Shown here one piece after another: positions 11,958 through 23,908 of a stretch of DNA of 64,000 nucleotides. Each line of letters begins with the position of its first letter. Positions within the stretch are counted from its first letter, which is position 1. Made by a program: the position numbers and the translations under genes. The DNA is from Massalongia carnosa (Eukaryota): the NCBI GenBank assembly GCA_965645245.1, contig OZ287068.1, forward strand, positions 1,116,001 through 1,180,000, written 5' to 3'. The notes beneath the pieces are model-generated. The model made no database searches and had not been told where the DNA came from. It saw only the letters and a program-made list of their open reading frames with translations.

Positions 11958-14146
11958 CGGGATTTCCCGGTGAAACGCCGAACCCGGTGACAACGCCGAA
12001 TTTTAGAAACTTACTCCGCACCACCTTACCCTCTTCAACCATGAATAACACTACCACCACCACGCCAATTGACCAAGCAATTGCTAATTTAGAATCGCAA
12101 GAGCGACCAAATATACTTGCAACTGCTAAGAAATTTGGCCTAGTCGAAAGTACTCTTCGGCGGCGATGGAAAGGCCAATCGGTCTCCCGACGGGAGGCTT
12201 CATCCACACATAAGCAACGCCTCACAACGGTCCAAGAAGAGGCTCTAATCTCAACAATCAATCGATTAACCGACAGAGGAATACCTCCTACCCCTACAAT
12301 TGTGCGCAATTTGGCAGAAGAAATGATCAAGTCGTCAGTAGGTAGGAACTGGGCGGGAGAATTCACTAAGCGAAATCAAGATAGACTTAAAAGTCTATAT
12401 TTACGCAACATGAACAGTCTACGCATAAAGTCTGAGTATGCACCTACATTCAAGCAATTCTATGATCAGGTCCTTAGTTTTGACAATATAACTGCCCCTA
12501 ACTGCGTCGCATTTGTGTCTAATAGTCAACATTTCTTCTAGTTGATCGCGGGCATCGAAAAATATAACATCACAGCAGATAACGTCTATAATTGGGACGA
12601 AAAGGGCTTTTTAATTGGCATGGCCTCTACCGTAAAGCGAATAATGACTCTTGAAGCTCTAGAATCGGGGCGCATAACCTATGCGAGTCAAGATGGAAGT
12701 TGTGAATTCATTAGTCTACTGGCTTGCATATGCGCAAACGGTACCGCTTTACCACCCGCGCTGATCTATAGAGGCGATTCAAAGAAACTTCAGGATACAT
12801 GGTTAGAAGATTGGAGTGTAGATCAGCAAGCTTTCTTCGCGGTCTCCTTCAATGGATGGAGTTGTGACCTGCTTGGTCTGAACTGGCTTGAGCGTGTTTT
12901 TGAACGATGTACGAAGCATATGGGGCATAGAAGGCGGTTGCTGGTGGCGGATGGTCATTCTAGCCACGTCAATATGAAATTCATCAATAAATGCGATGAA
13001 CTACGAATTCTATTGATGATTCTACCATCGCATACTACGCACCGGTTGCAACCCCTAGATGTTTCATTGTTTGCCCCCCTGGCCCGGTATTATACGAATG
13101 GTCTCAATGATATGATGTTTAACTCATTGGGCACAGTGAACATATCAAAAAGAGTCGTCTGGGGTGTTTTTTGGCCTGCCTGGCAGAAGGCCTTCAATGA
13201 AAAGAACATAATCTCTGGGTTTGAGAAGACAGGCATATGGCCGTACAATCCAAACATCCTACTAGACAAAATCACCAAATCGCCTTCACCAGAGGAGGAA
13301 CCTAACGTCACACAAGCACCCAAGACACCTATGACGGGACGGGCGGTTCGTCGCATACAAAAAGCCTACGTAAAAAAGCCAAATAGAGTTTTGTTGTCCA
13401 AGATATTTGCTGCAAATGAGCGTCTCGCAGCTAATCGTTCTATTGATCAACACGTAATTAGGGGCCTATGCGAGGCACTTAAAGAGGAAAAGCAACGACG
13501 AAAACGTGGTAAACGCCTGAATTTGCTAGGTGAAGAAGATTCTGGGTCTCAATTTTTCAGTCCGGGTAGGGTGGCAGCGGCCAGAGCCTATCAGGCTTCA
13601 AAAGATGACGAAAAGACACGACGGCAACAGGATCTCGCTGAAAAACGGGCACCCTTAGTTTTTAACAAGTCGCTGAAGGAAAAAGAAAAGCAAGAACGGG
13701 CCCTAGTTGCTATAGAAAAAAAACGATTGATCGAGGAGGGTAGGCAGGCTAAAGCGGTCGAAAAGCAGGCCCAAAACGAATTGAAAAACGCAAGTACTAA
13801 GCCTTCTAAATTATCGATGAGGTTGAAATCGACATCTACAGGGCCAAAGCAGGTGCCAAAGTGTCGAAAGCAGTCCCAGGAGCAAAGTGATGATGTCGAG
13901 GTGGTTGGTGGAGTGGAAATGATAATTTCTCGTACATCTAGGGGGAGAGAGGTGCGAAAGCCAAATCATTTTGGCGAATAGAGCTATTTTTCTATACATC
14001 AAATTGGACACCTTCTATGTACATTTTACCAAAGCTTCAGTGTATCAATCGTGGTGGTTGTCGCATGGTAGCAAAAAATAGCAAAGTGCCGAAATTTAGA
14101 AATTTCGGCGTTCTCACCGGGTTCGGCGTTTCACCGGGAAATCCCG
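11958..14146 (+). mobile_element. Fot1/pogo-type (Tc1/mariner superfamily) DNA transposon, 2189 bp
   Basis: 43-bp TIRs (11958-12000 and 14104-14146, one mismatch), each with an internal direct repeat CCGGTGA(N)AACGCCGAA; TA TSD at 11956-57 and 14147-48; encodes a DDE_1 transposase. Confidence 0.97.
12041..13981 (+). CDS. Fot1/pogo transposase, ~622 aa after splicing one 72-nt intron (12470-12541)
   Basis: HTH (TAKKFGLVESTLRRRWKG) and CENP-B-type HTH in exon 1; exon 2 has YNWDEKGF, LLVADGHSSH and HRLQPLDV catalytic Asp motifs plus basic KRRKRGKR; intron GTCCTT...CTAAC/CTAAT...TTCTAG removes the in-frame stop. Confidence 0.9.
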
Positions 14147-14387
14147 TAAGCCTAAATTTACAAGAAGAGAATTTTGTATGAGCTTGTCTCGCTTGTTACA
14201 TAATCTCTGCCGTTAGTCCGACAGTTGGATGGACAGGGAGGGGGGTTGTTAGGTAGGTAGGAAAGATGATGGGTTGATAGGAGTAGGTGGGTGGGTGGGT
14301 GAGTATGTAAGTAAGTATCTAGAAATTAAGTTGGACAAGAACAGAACAGAACACAACAGAAAGAACGATACATCTAGGTATCTCCTA

Positions 14388-14414
14388 GGAGGAGGAGGAG
14401 GAGGAGGAGGAGGA
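14388..14414. repeat. (GGA)9 microsatellite
   Basis: Direct reading. Confidence 0.9.
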
Positions 14415-15222
14415 GATAGATTTCTACCTGATAAAACTAGATAAAAGGGGAATATGCAGAGAATCTCGCTTCAAGGGAATGAATACCTACACAGGTAGAA
14501 GAAAAGAAAAGGAGGAAAGGGGGGAGCAAGTAATTTTTACCCCTCCCCCTTTCCTAACTCTGATAACAAACTCTCTCGCTCTCCCCCGATTCCTCCTTTT
14601 CCAACTCTGCATTCCTTTCACACCCATCTTGGCTCCTGATGAAGAAGCCGGAAATCAATAGAATAGAATAGAATGATTGGTGGGGGCTAAAAAGGCGTGA
14701 GAGAGATGATAGATGGGGAAACGTGGTGCTCGGAAATTTAGGGGGAACAAGATAAAGAAGATTGAGAAATTTGCGTTGCGAGAACGGGGCTTGGGAAGGT
14801 GGAAGTATTTTTGTTTTTAAATGTCAGAGATATATTTTATTTTTGTAATTAAAGGAGCGGTTGGAGGGAGAGAGGTAGGGAGGCAAGGTAAGAATAGAGA
14901 GTTGGAGGGAATAGGAGCTACATAGGTACTACGGGTCTGGAAATCTGATCTACATACTTATCAACTGATCAACCGGCCTCGTGGAGGATAACCTAGCAAT
15001 TGCTTAAAATGCCTTGCAAAGGTAGTTAAGTGGACTTTGGACTGGGAATTTAAGTGCAAATGCTGATCGCACGAGTCTCGGAACACAGCGATCCATAAAG
15101 GGAGTCTGAGCTTAAGTCCTAGACCATTAAAAATTCTGGGCTCTGGCACTGTATTCTAAGGTAGGGAAGGAAGTCATGCTTCTCCAGCGAATGGAGTCAT
15201 AATATTCAAAAGCACGAACAGG

Positions 15223-16874
15223 CTAGGCTTTTTTATTCCTGTTCTGTACCGCTTGCGTAACGCTCTTACGGTCCTTATATATCTCGTCTCGCACCGTCTG
15301 AACCTGCCTCCTCATGACAAGCCATAGCAGGGTGCGCTTAATAGGATCTTCGGTGTGATCCGGATCATTCTGAGTCTCCGGGGACGCGCTGTTCACGCTT
15401 TGATTCCGCTGCGCGGCGACGATAATGAGCAGAGCAGTGCTGAAGGCTTCTTTGAGGTAGGCGAAGCTAAAGCCCTCAGTGAAGTCGGCAATGGCGGCCG
15501 AGAGGGCGGGAGGGAAGAAGATAGATGAGTTGGTGGCGAGTTTGGATCTGAGTTGAGGTGTAGTTAGTAAGTGCAAAGAGCAAGTAGGGAGATACGGCAA
15601 GGATTGGTGCAGGACTAACCTCCAATAGTCGCAGTATTGCGTTCTCTCTTTAGTTTCCGGAATGGCGAAATTATACTTCCGATCGAATCAGCTGGGACAG
15701 TTCGCGATTCCAGTATCTAGTCTCTCAAGTGTGAAAGCTTGATTTAGCCTAGAAGCATGGGGATTATTGTTTTAGGCGATAAGACTACGATAGTTGGTGC
15801 TTCCAATCATCATGATACTATCGTTGCTCTCCTGGCCGTCGACCTCATTTAGGAACAAGCTTTTTAGCTTGTCAGTAATCAAGCTATCAATGTCCTCAAA
15901 CATCAACAAGCATGGCGCATATTGCCGCGCTTGAACGAAGATCTCACGGATCACAAATCTACCGCCTACCAGCGACTTGATATATATTGTCGGTATTGAG
16001 TCAGGGCGAGAGGAAAGATTGCGCGTGGCGCCTTGATGGTCAAGCTTTTTTCTTGAAAGTTTTCATCGGCTTTTCTCATCCGTTCCGAGAAAAGGGGCGT
16101 TACCGTTTCCTGGCAGACCGTGATATATGACACCTCACTGGGAACAGCATAGGGTTGTCAGCACATCGAGGCCAAACCGAACTAGATGGTTTCTTGGTGG
16201 AATGGCATTGAGATGTAGCATACCTTCCACGGCACGGCGAACAGCTTGTAATCGTCTTTACAATCAGAGAAGCTCTCCATCTCATTTACCAGTGATTTTT
16301 TCAACGTGCTGTTAAGGATAACGTCATCTCAGGTTGATTCTCAAACACTTTGCCACAGCTCCTGGCTCCTGATCCACTCCCCTTGGTCATACATGAAGTA
16401 CAGCCCCTTAAAGGTCATTCGCGTAAAGGGTAGCAGCGGCAATAAGACCATCCACAGCGCTAAGATCGTCCATCAATTTAGTCTTCTGCGTTTCTCTCGT
16501 AAACAATAAACTGATCATCGCGACTTGTCTCTTGCTCTATATAGGATGCATTATACACGAGGAACGATTTCTCATTCCACGTGTAGTCGTATATCCCAAA
16601 CAGCAAGTCGTCATGGAATTTCTCCGGTATGACGGCGGAGCGTCAAGTAGCAAGTATGTAGGTTCGCCATGCCACAATGAGTCGCTTTTGGTGTCAAGGA
16701 TCGCTTCAGCCTGGCTAGATTCCGCAAACGATAGTAGGCCGCTGATTTGAGGGGCAAGGGTAACTGTTGCGATAGGATAATGCTTGCGGAGGATCGCTAA
16801 GATAGCGAGACCTGGGCTCACTCGAGGTTGGGCCGGATCTTGTTGCAGAGCAAGAAAGAGCAGGGAATTGGCAT
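15223..16874 (-). pseudogene. Decayed fungal AAA+ ATPase gene
   Basis: Fragments in several frames: GVIYHGLPGNG(N) Walker A remnant (~16100-16135) followed by unrelated sequence; ARQYAPCLLMFEDIDSL (Walker B), FLNEVDG, MIGSTN; C-terminal TEGFSFAYLKEAF; multiple stops and frameshifts. Confidence 0.8.
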
Positions 16875-17679
16875 GGAACTAGCGCCCTTCTTCATCTTGA
16901 TCAGAGGTTTCCCGATCTAGGATTGTGAAGAACGTCAGGCTGGAAAGAAAAGGGCGGGCGGTTTAGGAAACAAATAATTACAAGATACTTGATTCGGCCA
17001 ACCCATCGGCAAGAGCGATAGTACAGAGTACAGAGTATAGAGTTGCAATCGATCATCCTGTACTCAGAACTCTATACGTTAGCAACGAAGCCTTGCAAAC
17101 AACTTTGAGTCATCTCATGAGACATCACGAGAGTCACAGATCATATCAAATCTTCTCGTCTTTGAATGAACCAACGTGGAAAACCATGATTCGCGAGGAT
17201 GTACGGGGTACTCCGTATCTACTCTTTAACTGATGCAGTTTAAATGATAGAGAAGATAATGAACGACAAAACAGAAGTAATTACAGAATAGACGAGGTGA
17301 TAAATCAAGTTTCGACGAGCATGTTAATCACTCTTCAGAACAGATAAATCAAGCTGAATCAAATGACGCTTTTTGGGTATTTGACATTCACTCTTCTCTG
17401 AAACTTAACGAGAAAACGATTCCCAATGTTTAGTAACAAGGAAGTGTATGTACGTCCTTTCAAAGGAAATGTACGAATAGCGGGACTTCAAAGAAATCTC
17501 ATGGTCTGTAAATATTACAAGTACCAAATCTTGTTTAGTCTGTAAACAATTCATTTGAGAAGTTGGAATTGCGATCTTTCGCCCTAACTTTATTTGTTCG
17601 TAAAATGTGAGCCGAGGCTTGGCAAAATTAGCATTTCCTTATACCCTCATCCCAGAACCTATACATCCCCATCAACACC

Positions 17680-18544
17680 ATGGCTTCCAACCACGAGCAA
17701 GTCAAAGCGGTTGCAGACGCAGAGCGCGACCTTACCAGATTATGGCGCGCATGGCGAACTGTTCACGAGATGTGCCAAGACAGAGTATTCCCTCCTGGCC
17801 CCGAGGCAAAAAAGTCCTTCGGCACTAACGAGCACCTGCTAACTCCCCAATTTTAACTTGGACAGGGCTACGAATTGTCAGAAGAAGAAGTAAGGATATC
17901 ACTTGATGACTTCCGCGACAAATTCGGCGATTCGAATGGTGCTCCCGAGTAAGAATTCTCCATCGCCCTAAATGACCCTTTCCAATCGTCGTGTGCATCA
18001 TTTGACGATGCTTCTCAGCCGTAAGAAAATGACCTTCTCCGCCCGTCCCACCGTCGCTATGATAGAAAAATACACTAGCCTCCCCACCGCCGCACACCCA
18101 ACCCCACCGGCCCCCCCCATCGGCACCATCTGGGTGGAGTTCAGCTCCGAGCCCTCCATCGGGATCAAGCAGATGAAAGTTTTTGCCCAACACATCCAGC
18201 AGCACAACTTCCACACCGGCATTTTCGTCACGCAGGCGTCCATTACGCCCGCGGCGCTGAAAATTGTGCCCGTCGTGATGCCGGCAGTCATCGAAACCTT
18301 CCAGGAGCAGGACCTACTGGTCAACATTACGCACCATGAGCTGGTCCCCAAACATGTACTGTTGAGCCCGGAGGAGAAGCGCAAGCTGCTGGAGCGCTAT
18401 CGCTTGAAGGAGAGTCAACTTCCGCGCATACAGACGGGCGATCCTGTGGCGAAGTACTTGGGTCTGAGGAGAGGACAGGTGGTGAAGATTATCCGGAAGA
18501 GCGAGACAGCGGGGAGGTACGCGAGCTACCGATGGGTGATATGA
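17680..18544 (+). CDS. RPB5: DNA-directed RNA polymerases I, II and III shared subunit RPABC1
   Basis: Exons 17680-17784, 17866-17948, 18019-18544; [74 protein letters not shown]. Confidence 0.98.
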
Positions 18545-19071
18545 GATCTGAGTGGCGCCTTGGCGATAGCTTTGGCGGAGTATTTACTAATTTCAATACG
18601 GGGCGCTGGTGGAGGGGAAAATGATGGCGGAGTTCAGGTGGGGGATGACTATTAAAGTCTCGGGTTTCCGCTTCATTAAAAATGGGGAATGTTCTATGTT
18701 AAAACCCATCACAGGTTATGTTCAGTGCGAACTGGTGATGAGATACATATTATGCCATCCAAACCCCCCCTCTTCAAGTCCGGCGCTCCCAATCTACCGT
18801 CAACCTTTCCCTATCCCACTCCTACTACTACGAAACATACAAAGTCTCCAACAACTTAAAATCTTCATCGTTGGATATGCAAGGTATTATCTCCGTCTCT
18901 GAGCACAAGTGAAACGGCTCAAGCTTTGAGCATCAGTATTGCAGACCCATCCATCGCAAATTCGTGAAAAATTCTAAATCTAAATAAACTGCGCCGAGTT
19001 AGGGTCTAGTTCTGTTAAGGAAGTCCTAATACGCCAAATACCACGCCAGTAAATAGCTCCTTCGAAGGATG

Positions 19072-20512
19072 TTAATGCTTGGTTTCAGCGTACGAAAAAA
19101 GACGGCTGATAAGTGGCTGTTGATCGCTAATTTCACCAACTGCTTCCTCCAGCGTCCTCCACCCTGGCCCGGCATCGTCATGCCGATCCCCACTATCGCG
19201 GCGATTCGGCAAAAGCCTAGCTTCGGTGACAGGGTGTCGCAAACTCGATTCCGGGCCGCCACGTACCAACTCCGTCGCTTCGTGCCACCCTTGAGCGCTT
19301 AGAATGGCACTTTCTCGAGCGATCCTGGCCTGGACCACGCCTGGGGCATCCTGACCGTATCTCCGTAGCGCCGCCGCCACGGTGCAGAAACCCGGACAAT
19401 GTTTGCTCTCGAACCTGCACATAGTGCGGTGATCCGCGGCGATGCCGCACCGCTCCGTGTTGTCCAGGATAGGCGCGGCGCTGGCCTCGTTGACGATGTA
19501 GTCCTTTGTATACTTCAAATCGGTGCGTTCCTGCTCCCAGAAGAAAAAGACGTGGAAGCGCGGCATCAATGGCGCGAATTGGTCCGTGATGTTCTGGAGC
19601 ACCTCGGAATCTTCCTCGAGCGCGCGTACTAGGCTAGAATCGGTTTCGAAGACCCGTTTAGGCACGGCGAGCGAGGCCATTTTTTGCAGGTTATCGAGGA
19701 GATGCGCTTTGCGGGAGCCGCTGTGGGGGGTGCCGAAGAAGAGAATGCCGTAGGTACAGGTGTAGATGGCGTGGAGGTGAATAATTTTTGCTGCTGTTCG
19801 ACTCATGGAATATGCTAGAGCCTGGATGTTGATTCAAACGTCAGACGAAAATTTCATTTGGTCTGGAAGTATTTTCTTTAAAACGAAGCTTTGGGACAAA
19901 AATGGCCTACCCTCTTGACAACAATACCGCCCAAGCCATGGCAAATGAAGATTATCGGCCTCTCAGAGGACCCTTCAAGCTATAATGCAGTTAGTCTATC
20001 TTCTTGAACCAGCAACCCAGTCCAAGGTTACGAATGGCACCCCCCATCCCCCCCCCCCCCGCAACATTTGGGCCTTTTTGAAACGCAGGAATGGAAAGAA
20101 CCAACCACATACTTCTCTATCAGCTTGCAGCTGTGCAACAAGCGTTTGAGCATGCTGAAGTACCCGGTCCGAGGACGTGCTTCTGCCCTTGAGAGATATC
20201 ACATTGGCATTATAACCCCATGTGAGAATACGAGCATTCGGCAGGTACTTTGGCAAGAGATCCACATGATTCAGCCAGCAAATATTTCCCTTGTCTGAGG
20301 TCCAAGTTGAATGTGCATCACCATTGAGGCCATGAACGGCAACGATACTAGATCGCCGAGATGGTAAGCAAACCGTCAAAGCTGACAACTCAGAATTGAT
20401 CATCACTGAAAAATACACCTCGGGTCCTTACTTACTCGATCTCAGCATTCACCCCGGGACCATACAATTCTTGAATCCCAAATAATTGCTGCTGCTTCTT
20501 TGAATCATCCAT
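19072..20512 (-). CDS. Standalone SesB/SERAC1/DUF676-like alpha/beta hydrolase-fold protein (nucleophile Ser replaced by Gly)
   Basis: Exons 20512-20436, 20347-20113, 19979-19911, 19821-19072; DIVAVHGLNG, WL..LLP..LPNARILTWGY, RPIIFICHGLGGIVVKRAL, GILFFGTPHSGS, FFWE, GIAADHRTMCRF. Confidence 0.88.
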
Positions 20513-20829
20513 AGCTTAGGTTTGTTGATAACTTTCATTTTATAAAGTGAACAATATATGAGGCCACCTAGGTGGATGTCTAATTCTAAGCGCCGGCAAG
20601 GCTCCTAGACCTGGCATATCGAGGCTTTGAAACTTAGTTGGTAGCCTCAATTGAGCTTCTATGTGCCACACTGATGCATAATTCCGCTATCTCCGGGCTT
20701 GTATTTTTCCCCTGGCTTAGAAAATTGATTTGAGCTAATGACTTGCTCGTATTATTCTAGTGTGGGTAAATCTATCTTCTAGTTAAAAGGAGATAAAGGA
20801 GATCGATTCGGTAAAACACCTGCGCTTTC

Positions 20830-23300
20830 GTCGCCATTGATGGGTGTATCAAAGCTATGCTGGGTATGCCCTACTCCATTTGTGAACACACCGAACTTTG
20901 CCTCCTGCATTTGCATAGCTCTGTCCTGATTCCTCATCCCTCGTTCACACCAAGATTCCAGGATGATTCTCGGTTGAGCCTTACTTTGCAGTTACTATTC
21001 CACCAACTAGCATGTCTTCCGCGTTCCGAAATAGCTCCAGCTCAGTGTTGTTTGTGGTAAGATTGTATGGACCATAGAGTCCAATGGCGCTATTTTCTAA
21101 GTTTTCTCTTCCGCTGCTTCTAAACTTCATTTATGAGTTCCCTGGCTTCGTTCAATATCCTAAAATCTACCAAGGCCATAGGATAGTTGTTTATGGCCAC
21201 GAGTATGTCCATATAGCTAGAGCTAAGACCTTTCTTCCTCTCTGGAAAGAACTTGGTAGTGTAATTCCTTACTCTCTACAAAAGTCTAGGATGAGTCGTA
21301 TGTAACACCCAAAATATCCATAGTGAAAAGCGTATCCGCATGAGTGGTGCCTAGCGTTGCCTTCAAAATTTTCAAAGTAAGCGACTAGAGATCAAGGGCC
21401 TCCTTGTCTCGCCCATCCAACGAGAAGCACCAACTAAGTTGGTAGTACTGGTCGAAGTCAGAGGGTTGCCATCAGATAAATCTGGTAGTAGAGGCAGAGA
21501 TTGGCCCCAAAAGGAAACATCATAAAAAAGTTTAATAGAAAGAAAATTTGGCAACATTTTGGGAGGCTTCAATCTTGTTAACTTATGCCCTCATCCTTCT
21601 GATATACTCAAAATAGAAGAAAGCAATGATGCTAAGCAGCTGTGCAGTATCTAGGCTTGTTTCTGTTTTCCCGTTGTCCAACCGGTCCAAAGATTGCTTT
21701 TAGGTGGTATTCGGCGTGCGCAATCTTTCTCCTGTAATGATTGTAAAAGCCTAGATAATCTCGGATCTCATACATTCTTTGAAGTATTAGAGCATCAGCT
21801 TAGATAAGAGCAAGTGCAAGGCAAAACCATCGGTAATCTTATTATCCATACTCTTCACAGCTGCATTCCAGGGTTTGGGAGTATCAGCTGCCCTCATCCA
21901 AAAAAGAAAGGCATCCTTTTGCTACAGTCCCTTGGTTTTATAAGCCTCAACGGTACTATGAACCAGGAAATGTGGAATTCTTATATTTTTAATAGAACAT
22001 GCTCTCTTTCACCCTTGGAGAACAGATTTGGGAGGTCCAAGGCTAGGGTCGTCCACACTGTTAATAATCAAGAGCCATTGACTCCTCGAGTTTAAATAGC
22101 CAATGCTTGCCAGCACCTTTGAGTAGCTTTCATCTTGCCCAACTTGTCGATCTTTGCGATCGATTTTTTCGCTGTCTCCGTAGTGATTGTGTCAATCAGA
22201 AAACCCCTCGGAACCCGACGTGAGATAGCTAGGAGGATTCTGCGTCCCATGAGCAAATCACAGCTCACCTTTCGCAATGGTCTTGCGCAAAACTTAAACA
22301 AAACTTCTTTGTACCGGAGCCTCCTATACCATGTATAATGTAACTTTGCTGTTGCCGAGATGAACTGTCGTTCTGTGTCGCGAATGAGAATTCTTTCACG
22401 AGGTGAAATATATCCTCACGTTCTGTGAAAATGCTGCCTATAACCTGAGGATTAAAAAGGTTTTTTTTTGAAAGGCCATTATGACAATGTCGCTGATTAA
22501 GAATATGTCGGTCATCGCTATAAATATCAAAGAAAATACTCGCTAGCTTCATGGCTTCATTTGACCAAGCCTGAACAAGCCTCTTCACCGCTTGGGGCCA
22601 TCCACAAAGCATAATCGGTGACGCGTTCTGGCTGTATCATAAAAGTACTTGAATCACGGTTCGGTAGCTGGACGTATGCCTACTGAAACCTAACCATATA
22701 AGAAAGCTATGCACAAATGCTTGCTCACTCCATATATCGACTATGGGAGCTGCCGATAACACTCCAACTATGTAGTTATCCCGCTCTATCTTTCAGGCCA
22801 GTCTCATTCTCTTTCCAGAAAAGTATGTATGAAATTGCTTCAAAGGGGGTCGTTATCACTTACAACATCTTCCAGATATTTACTTATCGCTAAGAGGAGT
22901 GGACTATCATTTGGGTCAGGCCAGCGTTAGAGCAGACTCGCCTTTTGCCGTTGCTAACCATATTGTTTTTGTCAATATCATGGTGAGGCGTCCCCAAAAA
23001 GAGATTTGAGTATTTACAAGCAGAAATGAAGTATTTTGGGACTCGAAGTGCTACAGTAATGCAAGGCTGAGACGAACTTAAAGTGGCAACATCTAGTTAC
23101 TCGCTCTGAACACGGCCGTCGGTAGAATGATGATACCTATCAGAAACGCGACTAACAGGGCTGGAACTCGTCGGGGCGAAGAAAAATTTGATATATTTAT
23201 CAATACTTCAAATTACCTGCTTGGTATGCATCTATGATAATTATGAATACAATGATTTTCAATACGTGTAAGCTTATGAGTTACAATAATGTAAGCCTGG
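20830..23300 (-). pseudogene. Decayed fungal NLR (SesB-like N-terminal domain + NB-ARC + TPR); boundaries approximate
   Basis: Remnants: FLGTPHH (~22980-23005); P-loop IIHGIGGSGTKKFCLSFAQD (~22280-22340); IDTITTETAKKS, AGKHWL, WLLIINSVDDP (~22050-22200); TPR-like TLGTTHADTLFTMDILG (~21310-21360); many stops and frameshifts. Confidence 0.8.
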
Positions 23301-23908
23301 TCATCAGCCTAATCGCTCCTACGCAAGAGCCGTTGGAAGGATTTTCTTTTCTGCTCCAGTCTGTCTGTTCCCTATCAATAACAGATAGAAGATCTTTATG
23401 TCATTCACCAATGCCACGATTAGGTACTCGGTTGTCAACGTCATTTGAATACTTTTGTAGAGATAACAAGGAGCTTCAAGCCGCGTTTCGTATAAGTATT
23501 CTTTAACCTCACTCAGTGATCACTTCCGGTCTTGAACATTCCAACCAACGCTTTCATATACACTTCTTTCGTCTTTACTATTTGAGAGTTAAGTGCCGGC
23601 AGAAACATAGTGTATCGATTCACAAACACTCTACGGAGTAGACTCTACTATCCTACAAGCGAATGCTAGTTGGAATTGATCATGATACCTGGCTCCCCCT
23701 TATTTTAGTACTCTATTTTTTAGCAGCCGTTACTCACAGGTTGAAATACCTAGGTATTCTCAGAACGCCTCGAAATGGAGAAGATTCCGATTTTCTAGGT
23801 CACGATATTTACCTTGTGCTCCTTCACACTTCTGTCCTGTCTTTCGATTGAGAGCCTGCTTATCATTGTTCTTATTTTAGATGTGAAAGTATTTAGCTAA
23901 ACCGCCAC

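Larger units (their letters stand above)
7055..14223 (-). mobile_element. Ty1/copia LTR retrotransposon, both LTRs present but coding-defective, carrying a nested DNA transposon in its 5' LTR
   Basis: Two 196-bp TG...CA LTRs; 5-bp TSD GTTGG at 7050-7054 and 14224-14228; domain order gag-PR-IN-RT-RNaseH; PPT-like AAGGGGGTG next to the 3' LTR; PBS next to the 5' LTR. Confidence 0.97.
11837..14223 (-). repeat. 5' LTR of the copia element, split by the Fot1/pogo insertion (11837-11957 and 14147-14223)
   Basis: Both halves match the 7055-7250 LTR; the junction TCCTC-TA-AGCC has TA duplicated around the insert. Confidence 0.96.

Noticed and set aside
19072..19300. Possible amyloid signalling motif (sigma/PP/HRAM) at the SesB-like C-terminus
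   Set aside because: The tail lacks the G/N/Q-rich pseudo-repeats expected for these motifs; none seen at the NLR relic either.
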